Positions 1 to 11,054 of a stretch of 26,065 nucleotides of DNA are shown here, in pieces. The position numbers and the translations under genes are program-made. The notes beneath the pieces were generated by a model. That model ran no database searches and was not told the origin of the DNA. It saw only the letters and a program-made list of their open reading frames with translations. Position 1 is the stretch's first letter. Every line of letters starts with the position of its first letter. This DNA comes from Bugula neritina (Eukaryota; Animalia; Bryozoa): contig CAXIUT010000174.1 in assembly GCA_964035545.1 (NCBI GenBank), positions 1-26,065 of the forward strand, in the 5' to 3' direction.

Positions 1-105
1 CCCAACCCCAACCCCAACCCCAACCCCAACCCCAACCCCAACCCCAACCCCAACCCCAACCCCAACCCCAACCCCAACCCCAACCCCAACCCCAACCCCA
101 ACCCC
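1..105. repeat. Left telomere, (CCCCAA)n, ~17 units
   Basis: Perfect CCCCAA repeats from base 1 to 105. C4A2/G4T2 is the telomeric repeat of Tetrahymena and other oligohymenophorean ciliates. Confidence 0.97.
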
Positions 106-1990
106 TAATCATGAATATCTTAATTATTTTATCTATATTCATTATCCATATTCATCTATCTTTCAGTCATGGGTTTAATTTTAATAGTAAAGTTAATATC
201 TTTATATTTTTTATACTCACTAATATCGATTTCCTAATCCAATTAATTCTAGTCAAAAGTTTCCTTAAAAACAGCTTAGACATCTTCTTAATCTGAATAC
301 TATCGAACAGTAGGAGAATAACTTTCAAATCTATTCCCATAATACTATGATCCAGTATCTCTTTGAGTATAAGCTCTACTTTATTTGATCAATTCTTAAC
401 ACTACATCATTAACTTTGACTTCTTACCTTTGTATATTACTTTTTATTGAGGTTATTCTAGCTATAATTTAACTGGATGGGTTGGTTCTTGTTTTACTTA
501 GGATCTTAGCTTGTAGAATTTAGGACGATTAGAAATGACAGTTTAGTTGTACATTGATAGTTAGTAATTACTTTATGGATATTAGTTTTAATTAAAGGAT
601 GTATGATGTTCTGATTACTATACTTCTTGCTTGTATTTTATTTCAGGCCTTTACTACTCATATTATTGATAATATTAGTTGTTTTAGTTGTTTTAGTTGC
701 TTTAGTTGTTTTAGTTGTTGTTTTAATTGTTTTAGGTGTAGTTGTTATCTTAGTAATTAAGTTAATTTTAATAATTTTGATTAAACTCCCATTTTCTATC
801 TCTATTTTTATCATTTCTATTTTAAGTACCACTTTAATAAACAAATATACTTTATTGACTATTTTTATTTAATTAAATATTTTTATGATTTTAGCATTTA
901 ATTCTATTTTATTTTTTAGCTATTTTATTTTCCTTTTTACTTTCCAACTAAATAATCTAATCATCATTGATCAAATCAATTTTAATAGCCTCTTCTTAAT
1001 TATTTTCCAACAATATTTATTTATCACTAATATTCTGCAACTCCTGCTTAATAAAACTATCAATATTACCTATAATTGATTCCAACTTCCCCACCAAATA
1101 GTTCTATTATTTACATTTTATCAATTTATGCAATATTTCTATATTAAATTATAAATACTATTCGCTAGCATGTTGTTAGATTTTACTAGACAGAATAAAA
1201 AGAAAGTAGTATCGTGCTACTTTGATTTCGTATTGGTTACTAGGGGCCATAGTTGATGAATAGTCCATAGTATAGTTTGCAATTCCATGAATATTTATTT
1301 TTTTGATCTATTTCTAAACCATAAATAAAATGCATTTTACACACCCCTACGCTACTTTATCATCTTGTATATACAATGCAAATACAATAAAGTTGTATCG
1401 AATTGCTTCCTCTTACGATCACGACCCTGCTACATCACTCGACTCAAGTGCTCAGGCAATACCTGCTACTCAACCAAATCACTATTACGCTATCTCTTTA
1501 TCTAAGAAAATAAAACACGATGATTATGCTCCTTCTTCAATGATATCCTATGCTACTACTCATGGATTGGAGGACGCTAGTATTTCTTTGGTAAGTATGA
1601 TTTGGGTAGTGGACAGGAGTTACTGCTTTGTTGGAATAGACCTCTAAATTATCTAGTTCTGATTCTGTTTTTGATTTGGTTGGCTGATCGGCCTTCAAGG
1701 TGTCTGGCTATTAGTTACCAAGAAGTACCAAATTTGATGTAGCATTTTTTTAGAATTTGGTCTTATTACCATGACCAAGCTGACTGTTTAAGGTTGGGGT
1801 CTAGATGGTTTCTATATCTTTATCTTATCTTTTTTCCTTGAATACCTGGGAAGGCAAAGCTGATCTGACTCCAACTGAGTTTTCCTCCATAAAATTTAAC
1901 AAGTTCTATGAGTTTTTGATCTCTTTCTGGAGTCCAATATCCTTTAGTATTTTGTAGGTTGATTTAACTATTCTCTAAAATGCTGGCCAT
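106..1990 (-). CDS. R2R3-type Myb DNA-binding protein with long Glu/Asn-rich C-terminus; 3' end runs into the telomere
   Basis: ATG at 1990. With TAR=Glu it reads KGYWTPERDQKLIELVKFYGGKLSWSQISFAFPGIQGKKIRERYRNHLDPNLKQSAWSWEEDQILKKCYIKFGTSWELIARHLEGRSANQIKNR (~1945-1660), i.e. two Myb repeats. The frame is open to TGA at 1123-1121. Removing a 20-nt intron (1139-1158) joins it to a TGA-free frame reaching base 106. The Myb call is strong; the C-terminal extension is less certain. Confidence 0.85.
675..735 (-). repeat. Degenerate 9-nt coding microsatellite (TAAAACAAC)n encoding ENN repeats
   Basis: Minus strand reads TAA AAC AAT TAA AAC AAC AAC TAA AAC AAC TAA AGC AAC TAA AAC AAC TAA AAC AAC. 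Confidence 0.75.
1139..1158 (-). other. Putative 20-nt spliceosomal intron
   Basis: GTATTTATAATTTAATATAG. Removal switches from the Myb frame, which would hit TGA shortly after, into a 340-codon TGA-free frame. Confidence 0.65.
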
Positions 1991-2304
1991 TGATGATGAA
2001 TGGTAGATATTGATCGTGTATATTGTCGGTTAGAATGTATTTTTATTTTTATAAAGCAGTAAATTTGACGTTAGAATTTACTATTTCACTTATCATTTAT
2101 ATATGCTGTCTGAAATTGACTTAATATGGTGACTTTATTTTACCTAACGGAATATCAAAAATTAACTATCACATTATTTATTTCCAAAATGACAATATGA
2201 TTTAAATTAGGGAGGACTGATATCTATTTGTATTATTATTTACTTATCTATTAATTTATGTTGATTAAATAAAGATTGATATAAATATTATAAAGTATAG
2301 ATCG

Positions 2305-3152
2305 ATGGGCAGCTGTTGTTCGATTAACACTGAATTGCAATAAATACTAAGCCAATCATAGACAGGTAAAATTATCAGATGCACTACCATTGATGACAAA
2401 TTCATAGATAAAGCTATAAACTAAAGTAAAAATTAGACTTAAATATATCGATTGCAACCTTAAAATGTCAACTAATCTTATGGATTTTTATATAAACCCA
2501 AAAAGTACTTTTATTAGGGCAAAATCAAAAATATATAAATGGATGAACGAGGTAAAGTGTAACTAATAGGTAAAAATATATAATATGATGGCACTTTTAA
2601 AATAATTTAGTACATGGAAATGGTATAATGACCATCAACAATCAAATAGTCATCAATGGGATCTGGAATTAAGGTAAACCCAAATCACTAAAAGTTATAA
2701 TCGATGGGCTATAGTATTAAATCTTATTTAAAAAGATATCAGATGAAAATCAAGAATCATTTTAAGGTACTATTATTTATCCAGATAAAAAAATATACTA
2801 AGGTTAGTTCAAGTATAACAAATCTTTATCTTCTTACTAAATAACAGGAAAAGGGACCATGACTCTTACCAATAAAGATTAGTTTACAGGTTATTTTATT
2901 AAAGGTCTTCTCCAGGGAAAAGGATAGTTCGTATCTCATAAAAAACATCATTACTTTGGTGAATTTGTTGATAGCAAATTCTAAGGCTAAGGATCTTTTT
3001 TATTTAGTGATAGTAGAAAATTGTCGATTAAGTGGAAAAATAACAAACCTTTTGGAACAGGAACTTTGACAATTGGATACCAAAAAAATTCTGTTAGCTA
3101 CAATGGAGAAGGACAGAGAATAAAGATGTATTCATCTCTCATAGTTGATTGA
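2305..3152 (+). CDS. MORN-repeat protein with N-terminal MGSCCS acylation motif
   Basis: Starts MGSCCSINTE and contains repeats such as YPDKKIYEGEFK, FTGYFIKGLLQGKG and YFGEFVDSKFEGEG. TGA at 3150-3152. Two single-base frameshifts in A-runs (~2600, ~2730) are probably sequencing indels. Confidence 0.85.
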
Positions 3153-3211
3153 TCAATATTCAATGATAATTATGTTTATAAATATTTGATAATTAAACAC
3201 AAAAAGATAGT

Positions 3212-4528
3212 ATGTCTGTTGAGGGATAAAGCATGAACAACCGTCTTTCCTTTTCCTAACCCGATGCCCAAATGTCAGACTACTTCAAAGCCATGCTAGA
3301 ACTTTCATATCTTAACAGTGGAGACCAAACCTGCCACATTCAAAATACTCATAACTTTATGGTCCATAATAAAAAATGGCTCAGCTAGTCACAATTCAAT
3401 GAAGTACATAAACTATGCTGGAACCTACCTGGACCAACCACTGTACAAATCATCATCACCATCATCACCCTCAAATTGAAATCATTAACAGCTGCATTTC
3501 AGTGCTTTCTCGTGTATAATATCTTACCTTGGACTCTGCTGACAGCTCTCGGCTTCCTAGCCAACCTCTTTCTCAATTAGTAAGAATAATAATACAGTGA
3601 ACCGGTTCGAATGGTCATTATGGGCTGTACAGCAGCCGGAGCAGGTATAATGCTTCGCAGTTGGGTCGTCTTTGCCTTTGACGTTGCAACTATCTTTTCC
3701 AAAATGGCTTTGATGTTGCTATCAGCCATAATCTTCTATATCTATCGAAATGAAAATGCCATTATCTTCTGCATGTTTATGTGTGGAATAATATCTCTGT
3801 ATATTTAGAGCTAGAACTAGTAAGGCAAAAAAATGAGTAACAAATCCGAACAACTCTTCAGTAAAATCAAATTCAACTTCCTGCTTGGCAAAACTTCCCT
3901 TTTCATACTCATCTTTCTCTTTTTCTCGCTATGGATCTACTTCTCAGTCTATCCTGAACACCAATTCGCCTATGTACTTTCTTTCTACTTCGTTGGTTGT
4001 GGCATCATAGGACCCATCGAAGTGATCTTTGCCTACTTTCTTAGCATCCTCCTGCCTCATCCATCCACCAACCTCACACAGATGTGGCTCGGAGTCGCCA
4101 CTTCCTTTCTAGTGCCTGGATCTCATCTCAATATTGGTATTTACTATGGTTCTATGATTGATGGTATATGGGGAGCTGTTTTGGCATCTATCTTTCTTTA
4201 CTTACCTTGTTTTTTATTTTTGATGGGGATGCTTCCTCAATGGCGTTACTATCGCTAGAAAGGAGGAATAAAAAGGATATACTAAGGTCTAGTATGTTCA
4301 ACAAATGGATTTACTTTGGCTGTCATAGTGATGATAATGGAAAGATGTATGAAATTGGATGTTGCCTGTCCTATTTGTATATTTCTTATTTGTGGAATAG
4401 TTAACTGTTTTTTGAATAGATATGCTTTTATGACTATCATTGTTGGAGGGTCTTTAGGTTTTGCTAGATATATAGCTGTATATTGCTATAAATTAGGCAC
4501 TTTTTGTCCATTTCCTTTTAATTTTTGA
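3212..4528 (+). CDS. Long-chain chromate ion transporter (CHR family), 438 aa, divergent
   Basis: Single frame from ATG 3212 to TGA 4528 that joins three fragments of the ORF track. Contains VHNKKWLSESQFNEVHKLCWNLPGPTTVQ (CHR V-x4-W-x16-PGP motif), a second homologous half ending LVPGSHLNIGIYYG...GAVLASIFLYLPCFL, and many hydrophobic segments. Confidence 0.88.
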
Positions 4529-4682
4529 TTATTTATCATGTTTATTTTGCTATTTATTGTCGATAAAAGATATCAATACAGATAAGATTTAAATATTGTA
4601 TTAAAAGAAAATACCACGTATTATATTTGATTTGATTTAATTTAAATGAACAGAATCATATAGTTAATAAAAATAGATAAGT

Positions 4683-7600
4683 ATGGACTATTTTAACAAA
4701 ATGGTAACTACCATCACCCCACCAAGCTAAGACATCAAAAACTTAAAGTCATAGCTAAAAAAGAAATAAACAACTATTGATAATTTAACAAACAAAATGA
4801 AAATTCTTACATAATAAAAAGAATTTGTCAATCGATCATACTAATAGCTATAAAAGAAATATTAAATCATTAACAAAAATCATAATTAAACACAATTGTA
4901 TGTCGATGCTAACATTAATAAGTATATTTAACAGCTAGAACAAATACCAAGTCAAATTGTTGATAGTTTGATTGGAGTTTTGATGGAACATGTGGATAAG
5001 CAGTTGGGAGAGAAGATAGAAGGAAATTTAGGATCGATTTTGGATATCGATCTTAGTTATAAATAAGTCTACAGACAACATATCCACAACATATGTTAGG
5101 TAACTATTTAAAAAATAAGAGAGTAAAGTTATGTTAAGGATAAAATAAAGGAAATGGAAGGTATTATAGATCAGAAAGATAAAGAAATTGAGGAGATGTT
5201 GGAGCAATATTAAGTAACAGTTGAACAAAATAAAGAGGAATATAGAATTAAATTTTAAACTAAGATAGAATAATTTACTATTGTCAAGAATCAAAAAGAT
5301 TAGCTCATAAGAAATTTGACTGACAACTTGGAATTAAAAAATAAATAACTCAGTGAGTTAGAAGTAAGTAATAAAAATTGTAAAAATGTTTAGAACCAAT
5401 TGAAAATGCAGAAATAAAAATTATAAAGTAAGTTGTCTTTGCAATGTTAGTTGAATAAAGAATTTACTGCTTTCAAGGATCAAAAAGAATAGGTAATAAA
5501 AAATCTAACTTAAAACTTGGAACAAAAAACTAAATAACTCAGTTAGTTAGAAGGTAGTATTGGAAATTATAAAAATGTTGAAAACTAACTAAAAATACAA
5601 AAAGAATAATTATAAAGTAAGTTGTCTTTGCAATGTTAGTTGAATAAAGAATTTACTGCTTTCAAGGATCAAAAAGAATCTGTAATAAAAAATTTAACTT
5701 AAAACTTGGAACAAAAAACTAAATAACTCAGTGAGTTAGAAATAAGTATTGGAAATTATAAAAATGCTGAAAACTAACTAAAAATAAAAAAAGAATAGTT
5801 ATAAAATAAGTTGTCTTTACAGTCTTAGTTAAATAAAGAATTTACTGCTGTCAAGGATCAAAAGGAATAGTTAATAAAAAATTAACTTAAAACTTAGAGT
5901 TAAAAAATAAATAGTGTAGTGAATTATTAGTAAGTATCTAGAATTACAAAAATGTTGAAAACTAACTAAAAATACAAAAATAATAATTACAAAATAAGTT
6001 TTCTTTGCTATAATAATAGTTGAATAAAGAATTTACTGCTGTCAAGGATCAAAAAGAATAGTTAATAAAACATTTAACTTAAAAATTGGAACAAAAAACT
6101 AAATAACTCAGTGAGTTAGAAATAAATATTGGGAATTATAATGCTGAAAACTAACTAAAAAAATAAAAAGAATAATTACAAAATAAGCTGTCTTTGCAGT
6201 CTTAGTTAAATAAAGAATTTACTGCTGTCGAGGATCAAAAGGAATAGTTATAAAAATTAACTTTAAACTTAGAGTTAATAAATAAATAGTGTAGTGAATT
6301 ATTAGTAAGTATCTAGAATTACAAAAATGTTGAAAACTAACTAAAAATACAAAAATAATAATTACAAAATAAGTTTTCTTTTCAATAATAATAGTTGAAG
6401 AAAGAATTTACTGCTGTCAAGGATCAAAAGGAATAGTTAATAAAACATTTAACTTAAAAATTGGAACAAAAAAATAAATAATTCAGTGAGTTAGAAGTAA
6501 GTAATAGAAATTGTAAAAATGTTTAGAACCAATTGAAAATGCAGAAATAAAAATTATAAAGTAAGTTGTCTTTGCAATGTTAGTTGACTAAAGAATTTAC
6601 TGCTTTCAAGGATCAAAAAGAATAGTTAATAAAAAATTTAACTTAAAACTTGGAACAAAAAACTAAATAATTCAGTTAGTTAGAAGGTTGTATTGGGAAT
6701 TACAAAAATGTTGAAAAATAATTAAAAAAATAAAAAGAATAATTACGAAATAAGCTGTCTTTGCAATAATAATAGTTGAAGAAAGAATTTACTGCTGTCA
6801 AGGATCAAAAGGAATAGTTAATAAAACATTTAACTTAAAACTTGGAACAAAAAAATAAATAATTCAGTGAGTTAGAAGTAAGTAATAGAAATTGTAAAAA
6901 TGTTTAGAACCAATTGAAAATGCAGAAATAAAAATTATAAAGTAAGTTGTCTTTGCAATGTTAGTTGACTAAAGAATTTACTGCTTTCAAGGATCAAAAA
7001 GAATAGTTAATAAAAAATTTAACTTAAAACTTGGAACAAAAAACTAAATAATTCAGTTAGTTAGAAGGTTGTATTGGGAATTACAAAAATGTTGAAAAAT
7101 AATTAAAAAAATAAAAAGAATAATTACGAAATAAGCTGTCTTTGCAATAATAATAGTTGAAGAAAGAATTTACTGCTGTCAAGGATCAAAAGGAATAGTT
7201 AATAAAACATTTAACTTAAAAATTGGAACAAAAAAATAAATAATTCAGTGAGTTAGAAGTAAGTAATAGAAATTGTAAAAATGTTTAGAACCAATTGAAA
7301 ATGCAGAAATAAAAATTATAAAGTAAGTTGTCTTTGCAATGTTAGTTGACTAAAGAATTTACTGCTTTCAAGGATCAAAAAGAATAGTTAATAAAAAATT
7401 TAACTTAAAACTTGGAACAAAAAACTAAATAATTCAGTTAGTTAGAAGGTTGTATTGGGAATTACAAAAATGTTGAAAAATAATTAAAAAAATAAAAAGA
7501 ATAATTACGAAATAAGCTGTCTTTGCAGTGTTAGTTGAATAAAGAATCGTAATGTGAGTTAAATAAAAAGTTAAGAAAAGCGTAAGATCATTTTTAGAAT

Positions 7601-8299
7601 AAAAATAATAAAATAGATTTATTATAAAAATAATTAGTATAAAACAAGAATAACCTTTTGGAAGAGAAGAAGATGACAGCACGAGTGCAGGCAGAGCTAA
7701 ATCAAAGCAAAGCAGAGTTGAATTCTTTGGCTTTATTAAAGAATTCTGCCAATGATTTACAACAAAAGATGTTGCTAAAAGATGAATAAATAAAGAAATC
7801 ATATGGAGTAATCAATTCATTGAAAGATACTATGAGAGATCTGTAGTAAGGTATACAGATATACCAGGAAATGGCATAGTAGAAAGAGAATGAAACCTAA
7901 GTCTAGAAATAGAAAAATAGTGTTCTAAACCAGTAAATAACAAAACTTCATAATGATTTAGAACGACTTGAACGTAAGTTGCGAGATGTTAGGCTCTAGA
8001 ATAAAGCAGAACTTATAATAAATGAGGAACCATCAAGTCCAACAAGCAAAAAAGAGGAAAATTTAACTGCTATAAAGTTACTTTTCCTGAAATATTTCTA
8101 AGTTAGTAGTAATTATGAAACCAAAGTTAAAACTTTCAATACATTATGTGAGGCATTGAGTTTAAATCCTCACTAGATGGACTCTATGAATCAATATAAA
8201 CGAGTAAAGCTGCAGTGGGAAGTCACTACTGATCGCAAAGAAAAAGAAGAGAAGAGTATTGGAAATAGGTTTTTAGAATTTCTCAATAATTCTGATTGA
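4683..8299 (+). CDS. Large coiled-coil golgin-like protein (GMAP-210/Rud3-like, C-terminal GRIP/GRAB-type domain)
   Basis: Starts MDYFNKMVTTITPP and is heptad-rich throughout. The C-terminus NLTAIKLLFLKYFEVSSNYETKVKTFNTLCEALSLNPHE...SIGNRFLEFLNNSD* resembles the GRAB domain plus GA1 motif. A few indels occur inside the repeat array (~5880, 6250-6280). Confidence 0.7.
5271..7546 (+). repeat. Coding tandem repeat, 12 units of ~189/192 nt (63/64 aa), with dimeric higher-order structure
   Basis: The anchor (G/T)AATTTACT recurs at 5271, 5460, 5649, 5838, 6029, 6215, 6404, 6593, 6785, 6974, 7166 and 7355; the array ends ~7546. Confidence 0.95.
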
Positions 8300-8569
8300 T
8301 GTTCAATATGTAGTGAATATTATCAATCTTAGATAGTTAATTTCTTTGAAGTCTTGTTTCTCGATGTTTTGATGCTTTACTAGTGTGCTTAAATATATTC
8401 TGAAGATGCTCTGCACTAATTCTAGGAGTAATTGATTTAGGTAACCCACCAATATGTGGTTTACCTTCGTATTAAGCCAATAAATTGCTACGATATGTCT
8501 ATTTTCCTCTTCTAAGGTCAGAAGACATCATTTTTCTTCCTTTAAGCTAACTCATATATCTCTTCTATC

Positions 8570-9289
8570 TCATTCCTTTTGCATTATACCTTTAAGTAAG
8601 GTTGACAATTGAACAATCAAGATATTTTTAATGTTTATCTTTACTTTATGAAAGCTATTTCTAATTATTTTTATCAAGTGATTGGAGAGAGGCATGTTGT
8701 TCTAGAGTATAATATCTATTTTTGGTAGAATATGCTATTTTATCACATTTTTGACAAAAGGCAACTCTACCTTAGCACTTAATTTACTTCTTCTATTTTG
8801 TATTATTCTTTATAGTTCCTATTTAATGCATAACTTCTTACGACCATTTCTTATTTACAATATTCCATATTATTTACAATTTTTTGGTTATGGCAGCTAT
8901 TTGTATTTGGTCTTTTGTACTTCATGACCAAAATCATATGATTTTATTTAAATGGGCTTGCTATTCGTATCTGACTAGTTTTTGTTATCTTTCAGGGTAG
9001 TGTTGCTAGTATACTTGCTTACTAGTGTTTTTTTAAACTTCTTGTTAAATGATCGATGATTGAATATTCTTTTTATCTTATTTTCTCTATTTTGTGGTTA
9101 TTATTTTTATCTTGAAAGAGAATGATTTTAATTTGGCAGAGTTTTACTATTTTTCGGTTGTTGATGTGGTTTACATGAAGATTTAAAACTTCTTTGATTG
9201 TAATAGTTGGCTAGATATAGAGTTAGAAGGGTGATATCTCCAGGGATATCTGCAGCTTACCATCCTGACTGACAGTCGTCTTTATTCAT
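8570..9289 (-). CDS. Hypothetical basic protein (may extend to 8283 if there is a 1-nt indel near 8640)
   Basis: ATG 9289 (MNKDDCQSGWEAADIPGDITLL) is open to TGA 8572-8570. An adjacent TGA-free frame continues to TGA 8285-8283. No recognisable domain. Confidence 0.55.
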
Positions 9290-9378
9290 CAGGCTTTATT
9301 TATATTATAATTAAACCTATCAAAATGATAATATTAAATAACTTATGAAAAATCAATATAGTATAAACAAAGATAAAA

Positions 9379-10260
9379 TCACTTTTATTTCTAAAAACCC
9401 TATTATTATCCTTTACTTCCTTAATCGACTTAATCATCTGGCTATTCTTCTAAACCATAAGTATCGATATTGAATTCCCAATTACAAGCTTACCCCAGAT
9501 CATTTTGCATTATTGAGCTAATCTGTTGAGGGTCAGGTTGCATATGTTCAATGAAAAATCTTTTGGCAAAATCAGCTATATCTGGGAACATGTTTTCAGT
9601 CCATGGTAGTTGCTTTCTTTGTATTTTGTATTGGAATATCAACTAGGCATTTTTTGGTTCAGTTTCGTATAAATATATCGCCATACTGATGATTCTTTCC
9701 ATGTAATTGATTTTTCTTTAGTTTTAAAGTTTCTTTTTGAAGAGTGCTCCTTTAACTTATGCGAAATAGTATGATCTAACTTATTTTCTTTTGAAAAATT
9801 ATTTTTGACTTTGCTTATTGTAGTTAGTATATTTTATTTTTTATCCAGATCTAATACTCCAGCCATGATTGAATGATCTCATGATAAACTTTATTTTTTA
9901 CTATTATTTCATTCTGTTAGGATAGAGGCTATGTTCATTTTATCTTGATAGGACTAATTTAGCTTTGAGAGAGGCAAATATTTTAGGCGACATAGGTGAA
10001 CAGTTGGGTGTTTATTGGAAGTGTAGACGTTGTAGTGCAGCATAGTTGAATTTGAAGATAAAAGGTAAAAATCTCTAATCAATAAAAAACCCTTATTCTT
10101 TCTAAATTATCTCATATGAAGGTTTTGGTTTTATGAGTAAGTTTTAGACAATACTAGTGGGGGGTTATTCATGTTATGTACTGTCTTAAGTGTGAGTGTA
10201 GGACTTGCAATGGTTAAGGTTGAGTGATTATGGGTTGGTATGTGTCAAATTCGAAGGCAT
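9379..10260 (-). CDS. Hypothetical protein, 293 aa, with acidic C-terminal tail
   Basis: Uninterrupted frame from ATG 10260 to TGA 9381-9379. Motifs RMKEEEKIKFIMR and RKQLPWTE; ends EEEPDDEVDEGSKGEEEGFEKEK. Confidence 0.75.
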
Positions 10261-10327
10261 TGATTTTTCTAGTTTATAAATATTATCAGACTTATATAGA
10301 TTGAGGAATATACAAATAGATAAACAA

Positions 10328-10943
10328 TCATTTTTTAAAACTTTATGTTATTGTTTTGCATTATTAGTTTCAAACTAAATCATTTCATCTTTGCTTTTTC
10401 TTGATATTTTTATCTTATTATTCAATAATACTCTCTTTATATGATTGACTGTTTGATTTAGCATCTATTAGCTGAATTTTACATAGTGATATGGAAGATA
10501 GATGTCTTATTGATTTTTAAGTTTGATTTTTGAAGTGCTATCAAATAACCTTGATATAAGATTAATAGTCAATGATATGAATTATAAGTCAACATTTGAC
10601 TTATGGTCTGAACCACAATAAAAAATAATATTTTATTAAACTTTATCTTCTCTTTAGTTCTGAATAGTTCTCTACCTAGAAGTGCTATTTTAGATTTATA
10701 TTTGTCTATTGATTGCTTTTAAGTTTGTTTTGTAAGTAGGTAAACAATAAAATCAAGAGTTAAAAACTTAATCTTTTGATATTGCCTCTCATCTGGTTAA
10801 AATATAGATAAGAAATCATGATAGTAGTTGGTATTATTTACTTAAATATAAATGTTATTCATTTCTGGGCAAGATGCTTATATGAAATAAAATGATTGTA
10901 TTGAGTAGATAATATATAAATGAGGGTAGAACAGTAGTAGCAT
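10328..10943 (-). CDS. Hypothetical protein with hydrophobic N-terminus (possible signal peptide)
   Basis: ATG 10943, MLLLFYPHLYIIYSIQSFYFIEASCPE. The frame needs an indel in a T-run near 10620, and the stop position is uncertain. Confidence 0.4.
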
Positions 10944-11054
10944 GAGTTTTTAAGTTTCCTCTACCCGAAATTGATTTAATACTAATAAAAGGGCTTTACT
11001 AAAACCATAAATGCTTAGTTATATTGCTGGATGATATAATATTTAAACAAGTTG

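Noticed and set aside
2590-2740. Programmed ribosomal frameshifting (Euplotes-like) to explain frame breaks in the MORN, DGK, EF-hand, HYDWW and other genes
   Set aside because: Breaks mostly fall in A/T homopolymers, mostly as 1-nt losses, with no shared motif. They also differ between near-identical repeat units and cluster regionally, which is typical long-read error. Accurate reads would settle it.
5271-7546. CRISPR array or satellite DNA
   Set aside because: Units are contiguous with no unique spacers, are close to multiples of 3, and translate as coiled coil within a eukaryotic gene.
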